A stretch of 6,434 bases of DNA from a virus: IMG/VR virus record IMGVR_UViG_3300022758_000035, positions 1 through 6,434 of that record; one strand, given 5' to 3'. The notes under the pieces are model-generated. The model saw only the letters and a program-made list of their open reading frames with translations, was not told where the DNA came from and did not search any database. The position numbers and the translations under genes were made by a program. Shown here one piece after another: positions 1-6,099 of the stretch (within the stretch, counting starts at the first letter, position 1; each line of letters opens with the position of its first letter).

Positions 1-127
1 ATAGAATCTGCCTTTGCGCGCCGTCGCGCTAAAATACCGGGGCGGAACGCCCCTATAAGGAAGTCGCTCCGCTCCGTTTTTCGACCAAGCCCTACGCGGG
101 CGGCGGGTGTATATCGCTCAAACGCCG
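1..127. repeat. Terminal direct repeat, copy 1. Exact duplicate of 6308..6434, read as the overlap of a circularly permuted contig rather than a biological repeat.
   Basis: I compared the two copies base by base and all 127 nt are identical. The window ends exactly where the repeat ends. The gene content between the copies is a full microvirus complement. Confidence 0.9.
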
Positions 128-150
128 CGATAGGCTTCTAGTCCTGAAGG
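1..150. other. GC-rich hairpin cluster in the large intergenic region. Candidate complementary-strand origin or other cis-acting replication/packaging element.
   Basis: Hand count gives 89 G+C in 150 nt (about 59%), against about 22% at 301..360. Perfect short hairpins: gcgcg-ccgt-cgcgc (16..29), ggggcg-gaa-cgcccc (38..52), gccc-tacgc-gggc (89..101), tatcgc-tcaaacgcc-gcgata (112..132). There is also ggcagat-caaataga-atctgcc, which spans the circular junction (6298..6319, equivalent to ..12). No ORF on either strand. Confidence 0.5.
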
Positions 151-156
151 ATGTTA

Positions 157-309
157 TCACGTCCGGGGATAAAGAGAATAACTATAAGAACAGTCCAATA
201 GAGAGGGAGATGTCTGCCACAAATTGATCCATTCAACACAGTTTTCCAATGTTCCAACTTTTGAAAAAACGACTTTACGTCCGAGTTTGATTCTTAATTC
301 GTAATACAT
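157..309 (-). CDS. Possible small hypothetical protein of 50 aa (MYYELRIKLGRKVVFSKVGTLENCVEWINLWQTSPSLLDCSYSYSLYPRT). Shorter than the ORFs listed in the supplied track.
   Basis: Hand translation of the minus strand runs from ATG at 309..307 to TGA at 159..157. It is on the same strand as all other genes. It sits about 33 nt downstream of a TAtcTTTG box (342..349) with an A-rich leader. I recognise no similarity to anything. Confidence 0.25.
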   Translation of the reverse strand: MYYELRIKLGRKVVFSKVGTLENCVEWINLWQTSPSLLDCSYSYSLYPRT

Positions 310-341
310 AATATATAAGTTTTTGGTTCTTTTCTGTATTA

Positions 342-375
342 CAAAGATACGAAATAGTTTGCAAAGTACAACAAA
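342..375 (-). promoter_or_regulatory. Weak candidate Bacteroides-type promoter (TTTG-N22-TATCTTTG) immediately downstream of the VP2 terminator.
   Basis: The minus strand reads ccaacTTTGttgtacTTTGcaaactatttcgTATCTTTGtaat. The -7 box TAnnTTTG is exact at 349..342. The nearest TTTG elements are 12 or 22 nt upstream, outside the usual 19-21 nt spacing. Confidence 0.3.
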
Positions 376-416
376 GTTGGAGTTAAAGAGTGTTTAGTAA
401 ATGTTAAAAAATGTAC

Positions 417-447
417 AAAAAAATTTTCCCCCACTTCGTGGGGGAAA
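417..447 (-). terminator. Rho-independent terminator closing the minus-strand gene cluster.
   Basis: The minus strand reads TTTCCCCCA-CGAAG-TGGGGGAAA followed by A-TTTTTTT-G. That is a 9-bp stem (425..433 pairing with 439..447), extendable through C434/G438 around a GAA triloop, followed by a T7 run (417..423). It starts 10 nt after the VP2 stop codon (TAG, 460..458). Confidence 0.7.
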
Positions 448-457
448 GAAAATAGAT

Positions 458-1573
458 CTATTTGCGGCCAACAGAATTACCAATACCTTGAAATATACGA
501 GTGCCATAATCAATAGCATTACGCAATTCATAAGAGTTAACATCCTTTTGTTTCTGTTTAGAACTCCATTTATAATAATCACGCAAAGCCTTATCCTTAG
601 AATATTCAATATTCTTAAGGACGTTGGTATTCTTCGAATCCCATAGAGAAAACAAACCTTGAGCACGATTAGACTGAATATTAGCATAAATCAAAGAATC
701 AGCCGTCTGTTCAGCAATCTTATTACTAATACGAATACCATTCGTTTCAGCAGACGTCTTAACAGCCTGAGCCATCTGATTTTTATACTGAGCTTCAGTA
801 AGAGCTCCTTGTGCGTAAAGATTAGATAGTGTTTGACCTTTGATAAATAGATCAGCCTGTTGTTGCTCATCAAGATATTTATTCAATACCTGCTGAGCCT
901 TAGAATCAAGCAAAATCTGTGCTTCTTGGGCAGAAGTAAGACGACCAGCAAATTCCATATTCTTAAGATCCTGATACTCCTTAGATTGATCTAGGAGTGC
1001 AGAACGCCTGCCAGTAGAAGCATTCCAATAGCCTGACTGACCAATACCAATATTACGATAATTAGTATCACCAAGGATCTGTTGCATCTTATAAGGAGTA
1101 AGAGCAGCATTCTGTTCGGCATTAAGCATAGCAGCACGAGCCTGAGCCATAGAAGCCAATGCAGAACCGACATCGGAAAAATCCGGGCGAAAAGCCTGAA
1201 TGCTAGGAGGAAGAGCAGCAGAAGCAGCAGAACCCCCAGAAGCAGGAGACTTAGAAACACCAGCACCAACACTAGAACCAATAAACGGATTAAGACCACG
1301 AGAAATCATCTCGTTAGGTGAATTGTAGCGATTATTACGATTCCACATATCAGTCGTCCACTGACGTTGCATAGCAGCCTGGTCAGCATTAAACTGATTA
1401 TTCTGACGATTAATCTCAACATTAGCATCATTAGTAGCAGACTGAGAAGATGCTCCAATAGCATTACCAGCAAGAGAAGCACCAGCGGCAATAATACCAC
1501 CAAGGACAAGCGGAGCAATATGTTTTTCGGAGTGCCCCATTAAGGGGCTTTCTCCGATATCATAAAACCTCAT
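458..1573 (-). CDS. VP2: Microviridae VP2-like minor capsid / DNA pilot protein, 371 aa.
   Basis: It has a Gly/Ala-rich hydrophobic N-terminus (APLVLGGIIAAGASLAGNAIGA). This is followed by NRQNNQFNADQAAMQRQWTTDMWNRNNRYNSPNEMISRGLNP, which resembles the conserved ..AGLNP.. block of gokushovirus-type VP2, and then Ala/Ser/Gly/Gln-rich coiled or low-complexity sequence. Its ATG (1573..1571) overlaps the upstream TGA (1572..1570) as ATGA. An alternative start is M12 at 1540. Confidence 0.85.
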   Translation of the reverse strand: MRFYDIGESPLMGHSEKHIAPLVLGGIIAAGASLAGNAIGASSQSATNDANVEINRQNNQFNADQAAMQRQWTTDMWNRNNRYNSPNEMISRGLNPFIGSSVGAGVSKSPASGGSAASAALPPSIQAFRPDFSDVGSALASMAQARAAMLNAEQNAALTPYKMQQILGDTNYRNIGIGQSGYWNASTGRRSALLDQSKEYQDLKNMEFAGRLTSAQEAQILLDSKAQQVLNKYLDEQQQADLFIKGQTLSNLYAQGALTEAQYKNQMAQAVKTSAETNGIRISNKIAEQTADSLIYANIQSNRAQGLFSLWDSKNTNVLKNIEYSKDKALRDYYKWSSKQKQKDVNSYELRNAIDYGTRIFQGIGNSVGRK

Positions 1574-2013
1574 TGAGCAGAAGAGTCAGGGGCGGACGCG
1601 GGAACGGGCTCTGACTTTTGCTCTGCCAACATAGCTTCGGCGTACTTGGTCAATTCCGACTTCTCACCAGCCAATTGTTGTAAAACAGCCTGCCTTTCAG
1701 ACATCGTCTGGCAATGCCGAGAAATAACACAATTAAAGCGCTCCTCGTCAGTCATACCATCCATCATAGTAGACTGAGTAGGATGCATCTGGGCAAGAAT
1801 ATTCTGAACATTCATATCACCAAGCAAACGACGATATTTCTCCTGATTAAGAAGAATAGAGGTCATATCCATATACTTAAATGAACCATCAGGCATTTCT
1901 TCCAACATAACCGAATCATATACATTAGGTTCGTAACAAGGATTTCCTTCAACCAGTTCAGGAGATACAGTATCCTGTTTAAAATCGGGATTAGTATAAG
2001 CAAAGCTTCTCAT
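1570..2013 (-). CDS. Hypothetical 147-aa protein between VP1 and VP2. Positional candidate for a VP3-like internal scaffolding protein.
   Basis: I chose the start at ATG 2013..2011 (MRSFAYTNPDF...), 13 nt after the VP1 stop. The track ORF start at 2142 would overlap the VP1 3' end by 116 nt, and its extra residues look like junk (MSLRLLLVIIVWLM...). The protein is acidic and Met/Gln-rich with a C-terminal helical-looking segment. The function is assigned from position only. Confidence 0.6.
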   Translation of the reverse strand: MRSFAYTNPDFKQDTVSPELVEGNPCYEPNVYDSVMLEEMPDGSFKYMDMTSILLNQEKYRRLLGDMNVQNILAQMHPTQSTMMDGMTDEERFNCVISRHCQTMSERQAVLQQLAGEKSELTKYAEAMLAEQKSEPVPASAPDSSAQ

Positions 2014-2026
2014 AAAAAACAAAAAA

Positions 2027-3760
2027 TTAAAAAGGTAAACCATTTCTATCCAAGTTCTGGATAGCATACACTTGAAAATTAACATTACACAATAACTGGT
2101 CATAAGCCACACTATAATTACTAGTAGTAATCTGAGGCTCAAAAATAGAATTCAACTGCTGAGGACGAATCTTAAATGATTGGTAACTCAATGAAGACTG
2201 ACCAGAAACTTGAATTTGAGAACCTTGAAGAGGAGCAACCCAAGATTGGTAAGCAGCAGCAGGACGAAATGCACCGTGAACCGTATCTACAGCGGATTTC
2301 CATTGCCAATAACGCAAATTATATCCGATACTACCAGTGACAGATGAGGGGCTATTATTAAGAGCCAGAGACGGGACAGGCTGCATACCTAACTGGTCAA
2401 AAGCAGGTTGCGGAAAGTCAGAAATAGATGTACATAACAACTGGGGGTTATGACCCTTAAGAGACCAATCGAGCAAAGGAACAGCGTGATAAACACACAT
2501 AATCACCTGATGTTCAGCACCGCAATCATAAGTGATAGTATGACCAGATTTAGAACCTACACCCTTACCAGCAATAACAGCTTGGGAATCATCAGCAGTC
2601 AAATTGGTATTCAAAACCTCATTAATGTTAATTACATTAGACCAGCCACCAATATAATGAGCATGGTTACCCATGTATTCGGGGGCTTTAATGCCAAACT
2701 GGGCAGCCATCTGATCTGAGTAATCCTTGCTAGAGAATTGAACTACTTCTTTCCAACGCTGGAGATATTCAGTCGCACGAATTGATAGGGCGGAAAGATC
2801 AGAATTAATACGCAATTCACGAGAAGAGGAAGTAGTATTCAACGTAACCACAGAAGTACTAGACGCGGGATTATTAACAACAGATGATTTATTCTCTAAA
2901 CCATAAGCAATAACACGATTAGGAGTAGCAGTTAAATCATAAACAGAAGATAATACAGCTACCGAACCATACTGGGAAGAAGGAAGGACACCAAGGAAAT
3001 AATCCTTAGGATAGTTCGCATAACGAAGTTGAAGCATATCAGCAGAAATTTCAACAGAGCTCTTGCCATCCCAATAGTCAACATTATAAGCGTAAGCCTT
3101 ATGTTTTTCCCATTGAGAGTTACTAAAGAAATCATAGTAAATTTTCTGATAAGAAAGAAGGGGAAGAAGATTCAAATTAACACTAGTGCCATAAATAAGA
3201 GGGTTCTGACCATCAGACAATGAAGTGGTATTAAGACCAAGATACTGTCTAGTAATTTCGGCTTTCTTGTCATTCGAAGAACCAATAAACGAGCCATAAC
3301 CAAGCATATCCAATACCTTACAAGATCCATAAGCAAATCCAAATCCAGCATCATCCAAAGTACCAGAAGCCGTTCTATTGCGAATTTCACCAGAAATATT
3401 ACCAAGAGGAGCGTACGGAACATTAAGCAACTGTTCTGTATTAGAAATATTACTAGCAGCACTAGTCATATAATCCGACATTTGCGTAAATGCCTGCGGT
3501 AGCGCACGAGAAATTAAACGTAACGGCACAGCGTAGAAATCATAATACTCCTTAATACGGGTATAAGCCGCCGTATTCACCGGGACAGTACGGGTAAACC
3601 AATCAGAAGAAATACGATACGTATTATCGGGAATAGCAATCTGCCAATAGCAAGGGAGAATCTCACCAACTTTGGCGGTAAACAATTTTTTCGAACTCAG
3701 ATCGAAAGAAGACCGATGGGTAGAAATCTTAGCTCGGTCTAAAGGATTAAAATCACTCAT
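2027..3760 (-). CDS. VP1: Microviridae major capsid protein VP1 (F-protein family), 577 aa.
   Basis: The N-terminal block STHRSSFDLSSKKLFTAKVGEILPCYWQIAIPDNTYRIS matches the conserved microvirus VP1/F signature (R/H-s-F-D-L-S ... f-T ... G-x-L-x-P ... lP-gD-t). The length and the position after Rep are typical. Confidence 0.95.
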   Translation of the reverse strand: MSDFNPLDRAKISTHRSSFDLSSKKLFTAKVGEILPCYWQIAIPDNTYRISSDWFTRTVPVNTAAYTRIKEYYDFYAVPLRLISRALPQAFTQMSDYMTSAASNISNTEQLLNVPYAPLGNISGEIRNRTASGTLDDAGFGFAYGSCKVLDMLGYGSFIGSSNDKKAEITRQYLGLNTTSLSDGQNPLIYGTSVNLNLLPLLSYQKIYYDFFSNSQWEKHKAYAYNVDYWDGKSSVEISADMLQLRYANYPKDYFLGVLPSSQYGSVAVLSSVYDLTATPNRVIAYGLENKSSVVNNPASSTSVVTLNTTSSSRELRINSDLSALSIRATEYLQRWKEVVQFSSKDYSDQMAAQFGIKAPEYMGNHAHYIGGWSNVININEVLNTNLTADDSQAVIAGKGVGSKSGHTITYDCGAEHQVIMCVYHAVPLLDWSLKGHNPQLLCTSISDFPQPAFDQLGMQPVPSLALNNSPSSVTGSIGYNLRYWQWKSAVDTVHGAFRPAAAYQSWVAPLQGSQIQVSGQSSLSYQSFKIRPQQLNSIFEPQITTSNYSVAYDQLLCNVNFQVYAIQNLDRNGLPF

Positions 3761-3778
3761 AATTAATTAATATTTAAA

Positions 3779-5461
3779 TCAAACCATACGGTTAAAAATA
3801 CCATTAGCATCATTAAGCCGCTTGTGCTTGGTCATATCACGACAGAATGTCGAACTACGGTACCGAAGTTGTTCAAGGAGTTGAACAGTTTCACTTGATA
3901 CGGCTTGCAGGACATCCATCTCTTGCCCGTTCTGAGGCAACGCAAACATACAATCCGAGAGCTCTGGATACTGGGATCGAAGATCATATGCATTTCGTAA
4001 ACTTTCATAATCCGCTTTCTTCTCATACTCTATGCCCGTTTTGATAATAAAGCCAATGCGACCGGAGTAAGCGCTAATATCGGAGCCAAAAAGCGGGAGA
4101 TGCCAATTAAGGAAGAACTTATAGACATATAAGAACAATCGATATAACTTATTAATATAAGAATCAATATCGACATCGCTAGAACTATTGCAAAACCTAG
4201 TAAGGCACCGAGAAGTATGTAATATAATTTTGTCATCATCAGTAAGAATAGAATGAACCTTAAGATATTGATAATAGACCCGAACAAGGCTCAAAATTGA
4301 GCCTTGGTTGAAATCAATGAATCCGAACTTTGCAATTCTTTGCGGCGTTCGGTGAACAGCGAGAAGAATTCGAGCAATCGCAGTAGCATCGTCATTGCGA
4401 GCAGACGAGAACCTTGGCAGTAAGGTACGGATATACGACAAGGGTGGAGTGGAGCGAACACTAACGCCAGCGAAGTTATAGACTCTTCCATTAACGACAG
4501 AATCGAATTTTTTTTCAATTTGCGCATAAGGGTCTTCGTTCTCCACGAAAGAGCAACCCTTTTCAAAGAATCCAACAGATGATCTTGATTTGGGTCTAAA
4601 TGCGCGGCATGATCTATATAATAAGGGAGCAGAACACAAGCTATTAACGTAGCTCGCAACGTATGAACAAGCTCCACCTGCGGAACGTTGGAAATCTGAA
4701 CGACCGAGTTTCCAACTCTTATCATGACAGTATCGTAAAACTTGGGAGACTTCGTCCGAGTTTGTGAATAATAAGAGATGATAATGCGGGCGGAAATGAA
4801 CGGGTCCATACTCACCCACAGCGTAGAAATGTAACGTTTCATAAGAACCTAGTTTTTGAAATAAATGTTTACGCAAGCGCTTAATATAATTCTGAACATC
4901 AACATAATTCAGAAAAGGAATAAGATTATCTCCGTATCTGTCGGATAGCCTTCCATTTTCACCGTAAGGTGAATCGGATTTCGTCTTAGCAATAAAGGAA
5001 CGGATAGCATCCATAGACAAAAACCAATTATCCTTAACTTCTTCATACTTAGACAGGGTACGGTCAAATGGCACCGTACCCTGGACTTGTGTAAAAAATA
5101 TATGACGCAATTGAGATGAATCTACGCAACTATATTCGGATACCGGAACAAACGAATGTTTTTCATAACCATAATGAATGTCTCCTGACTCATTTAAAAC
5201 ATCGTCGTAGACATTGTCCAAAACCTCACATTTAAATAAGGGAACATGTTCATTATCATAAGTAAGAGTTACAAAATAAGAATACTTAAAAGCACTTCCA
5301 GCGGTCTTCACGCGCATAGAAGCCTTTTTAGCTTTCTTATGAATACAGTAATCGCATTGACCACAATCTACAGCAATGCGTGCACCATTATACTTATTCG
5401 TAATAAAAGAACGATGCTGACAATGATCAACAGCCTTAAACAAATCAGGAGAAAATTTCAT
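3779..5461 (-). CDS. VP4: Microviridae replication initiation protein VP4 (HUH rolling-circle endonuclease), 560 aa.
   Basis: Four motifs support the call. The N-terminal Cys cluster is CGQCDYC (aa 33-39). Motif 1 is FVTLTYD (aa 63-69). The HUH motif is RPHYHLLLF, with HYH at 4778..4786, verified as CAT TAT CAT on the minus strand. The twin-tyrosine motif is YVASY at 4649..4663, verified as TAC GTT GCG AGC TAC. These are the same motif types as phiX174 protein A and gokushovirus VP4. Confidence 0.95.
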   Translation of the reverse strand: MKFSPDLFKAVDHCQHRSFITNKYNGARIAVDCGQCDYCIHKKAKKASMRVKTAGSAFKYSYFVTLTYDNEHVPLFKCEVLDNVYDDVLNESGDIHYGYEKHSFVPVSEYSCVDSSQLRHIFFTQVQGTVPFDRTLSKYEEVKDNWFLSMDAIRSFIAKTKSDSPYGENGRLSDRYGDNLIPFLNYVDVQNYIKRLRKHLFQKLGSYETLHFYAVGEYGPVHFRPHYHLLLFTNSDEVSQVLRYCHDKSWKLGRSDFQRSAGGACSYVASYVNSLCSAPLLYRSCRAFRPKSRSSVGFFEKGCSFVENEDPYAQIEKKFDSVVNGRVYNFAGVSVRSTPPLSYIRTLLPRFSSARNDDATAIARILLAVHRTPQRIAKFGFIDFNQGSILSLVRVYYQYLKVHSILTDDDKIILHTSRCLTRFCNSSSDVDIDSYINKLYRLFLYVYKFFLNWHLPLFGSDISAYSGRIGFIIKTGIEYEKKADYESLRNAYDLRSQYPELSDCMFALPQNGQEMDVLQAVSSETVQLLEQLRYRSSTFCRDMTKHKRLNDANGIFNRMV

Positions 5462-5463
5462 AA

Positions 5464-5772
5464 TTACTTACGTTTATCGATTACTTGATGACGATTCCGG
5501 TCACCAAATGAAATATGAATGAATGTAGGATACAATATCAACTGGTCAAATGTATGAGTATTATCCGAGTAACTATAGATATGTTTAAGTAACCGGCTAT
5601 AAGTAGTAGAGCCATAAGGTTTAATATCAATAGCCTCTCCAAAAAGATGCTGAGAGTTAGGAACACCACCAGCAGCCTCATTGTCAACAACAGAACGCTT
5701 AGCACTTGTCACTGTAAAATGCAAGTTAAAATATAACAAGTGCTCAAGAAAATCCATAAGAGCAATATTCAT
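5464..5772 (-). CDS. Zinc D-Ala-D-Ala-carboxypeptidase-like peptidase, family M15 (Peptidase_M15_3-like), 102 aa. Candidate endolysin.
   Basis: The sequence TVTSAKRSVVDNEAAGGVPNSQHLFGEAIDI carries the S-x-H-x-x-G-x-A-x-D signature. H42 and D49 form the H-x6-D zinc-ligand pair (5647..5649 and 5626..5628), and a third ligand candidate H86 lies in FIHIS (5515..5517). There is no N-terminal signal peptide or TM segment. The stop is 2 nt before the VP4 ATG. Confidence 0.8.
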   Translation of the reverse strand: MNIALMDFLEHLLYFNLHFTVTSAKRSVVDNEAAGGVPNSQHLFGEAIDIKPYGSTTYSRLLKHIYSYSDNTHTFDQLILYPTFIHISFGDRNRHQVIDKRK

Positions 5773-5852
5773 AATCCAATAGCGTTAAGGATGTAACCAA
5801 AAGCGGCAGAAACAGCGCCAATCAAAATTTTCCAAATATTATTATTTTTCAT
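5769..5852 (-). CDS. Possible 27-aa single-pass membrane peptide (MKNNNIWKILIGAVSAAFGYILNAIGL). Holin-like candidate. Absent from the ORF track because of its size.
   Basis: Hand translation runs from ATG at 5852..5850 to TGA at 5771..5769. A polar N-terminus is followed by about 22 hydrophobic residues. Its TGA overlaps the peptidase ATG (5772..5770) as ATGA. Its start overlaps the last 11 nt of the upstream ORF. Confidence 0.45.
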   Translation of the reverse strand: MKNNNIWKILIGAVSAAFGYILNAIGL

Positions 5853-6048
5853 TGCTTTGAGCTTTAAGTTCAACAAAATGATCTACAAAATGATCTTCCT
5901 CTTTAATCGAATCCACAACAACAATAAAATCCAACGAAGATACTCGCTCAGAATAAACTCCAAGACCATCGAGAGAATTGATAACATAAGGTGAGATAAC
6001 ATCACGACCAGTGTTTTTGTCCTTAACTGAGATAATAAATTTCTGCAT
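5842..6048 (-). CDS. Hypothetical protein and first gene of the cluster: 68 aa from ATG 6048. The track version is 95 aa from a TTG at 6129.
   Basis: The track ORF begins with TTG (the reverse complement of caa at 6127..6129). That TTG is part of the TTTG -33 box of a near-consensus promoter, and the -7 box would lie inside the ORF. The first ATG downstream of the predicted transcription start that opens a real frame is 6048..6046 (MQKFIISVKDKNTGRD...). The protein is net acidic (12 D/E against 8 K/R by hand count). I recognise no family. Confidence 0.5.
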   Translation of the reverse strand: MQKFIISVKDKNTGRDVISPYVINSLDGLGVYSERVSSLDFIVVVDSIKEEDHFVDHFVELKAQSNEK

Positions 6049-6099
6049 AAGCGTAATAAATTTTAAAGTGTTAATAATAGTTGTAACTTCTACATGGCG

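Noticed and set aside
38-52. The hairpin ggggcg-gaa-cgcccc as a second intrinsic terminator on the minus strand (followed by GGTATTTTAG).
   Set aside because: The stem is only 6 bp and the downstream T tract is short and interrupted. It is better treated as part of the hairpin cluster than as a standalone terminator.
1-127. The terminal repeats as biological direct terminal repeats or LTRs of a mobile element.
   Set aside because: The repeat is exact and sits at the extreme ends of the window. The gene content is that of a circular ssDNA phage. This is best explained as circular assembly overlap.
394-687. Track ORFs 394..687 (-) and 401..646 (+), overlapping the VP2 3' end and the terminator.
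   Set aside because: Both overlap the well-supported VP2 frame and run through the terminator hairpin. The translations are low-complexity Ile/Leu/Asn-rich sequences typical of off-frame AT-rich DNA. They have no independent start context.
991-1518. Leu-rich alternative-frame ORFs inside VP2 (991..1299 and 1306..1518, minus strand).
   Set aside because: Poly-Leu/Val strings (LLVLVLVLVFLSLLLLGVLLLLLL) are the off-frame reading of the Ala/Ser/Gly/Gln-rich, GCN/CAG-repetitive part of VP2. This is a compositional artefact, not a membrane protein.
2014-2142. N-terminal extension of the VP3-position ORF to the track start at 2142 (190 aa).
   Set aside because: It would overlap the VP1 3' end by 116 nt, and the extra 43 aa are junk-like hydrophobic sequence. 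ATG 2013 lies just after the VP1 stop, matching the tight non-overlapping packing seen elsewhere.
691-4026. Other same-strand alternative-frame ORFs: 691..873, 3172..3462 and 3832..4026.
   Set aside because: They are short (60-96 aa), nested in VP2, VP1 or VP4, and Leu/Ile/Arg-rich off-frame translations. Nothing distinguishes them from chance. Only the much longer +1-frame run in VP4 was kept, as a low-interest finding.
1082-5488. Plus-strand ORFs 1082..1321, 2450..2719, 3029..3223, 3847..4044 and 5246..5488.
   Set aside because: All are antisense to strongly supported VP2, VP1 or VP4 coding sequence. They are short (64-89 aa) and basic or low-complexity. Microviruses transcribe only one strand.
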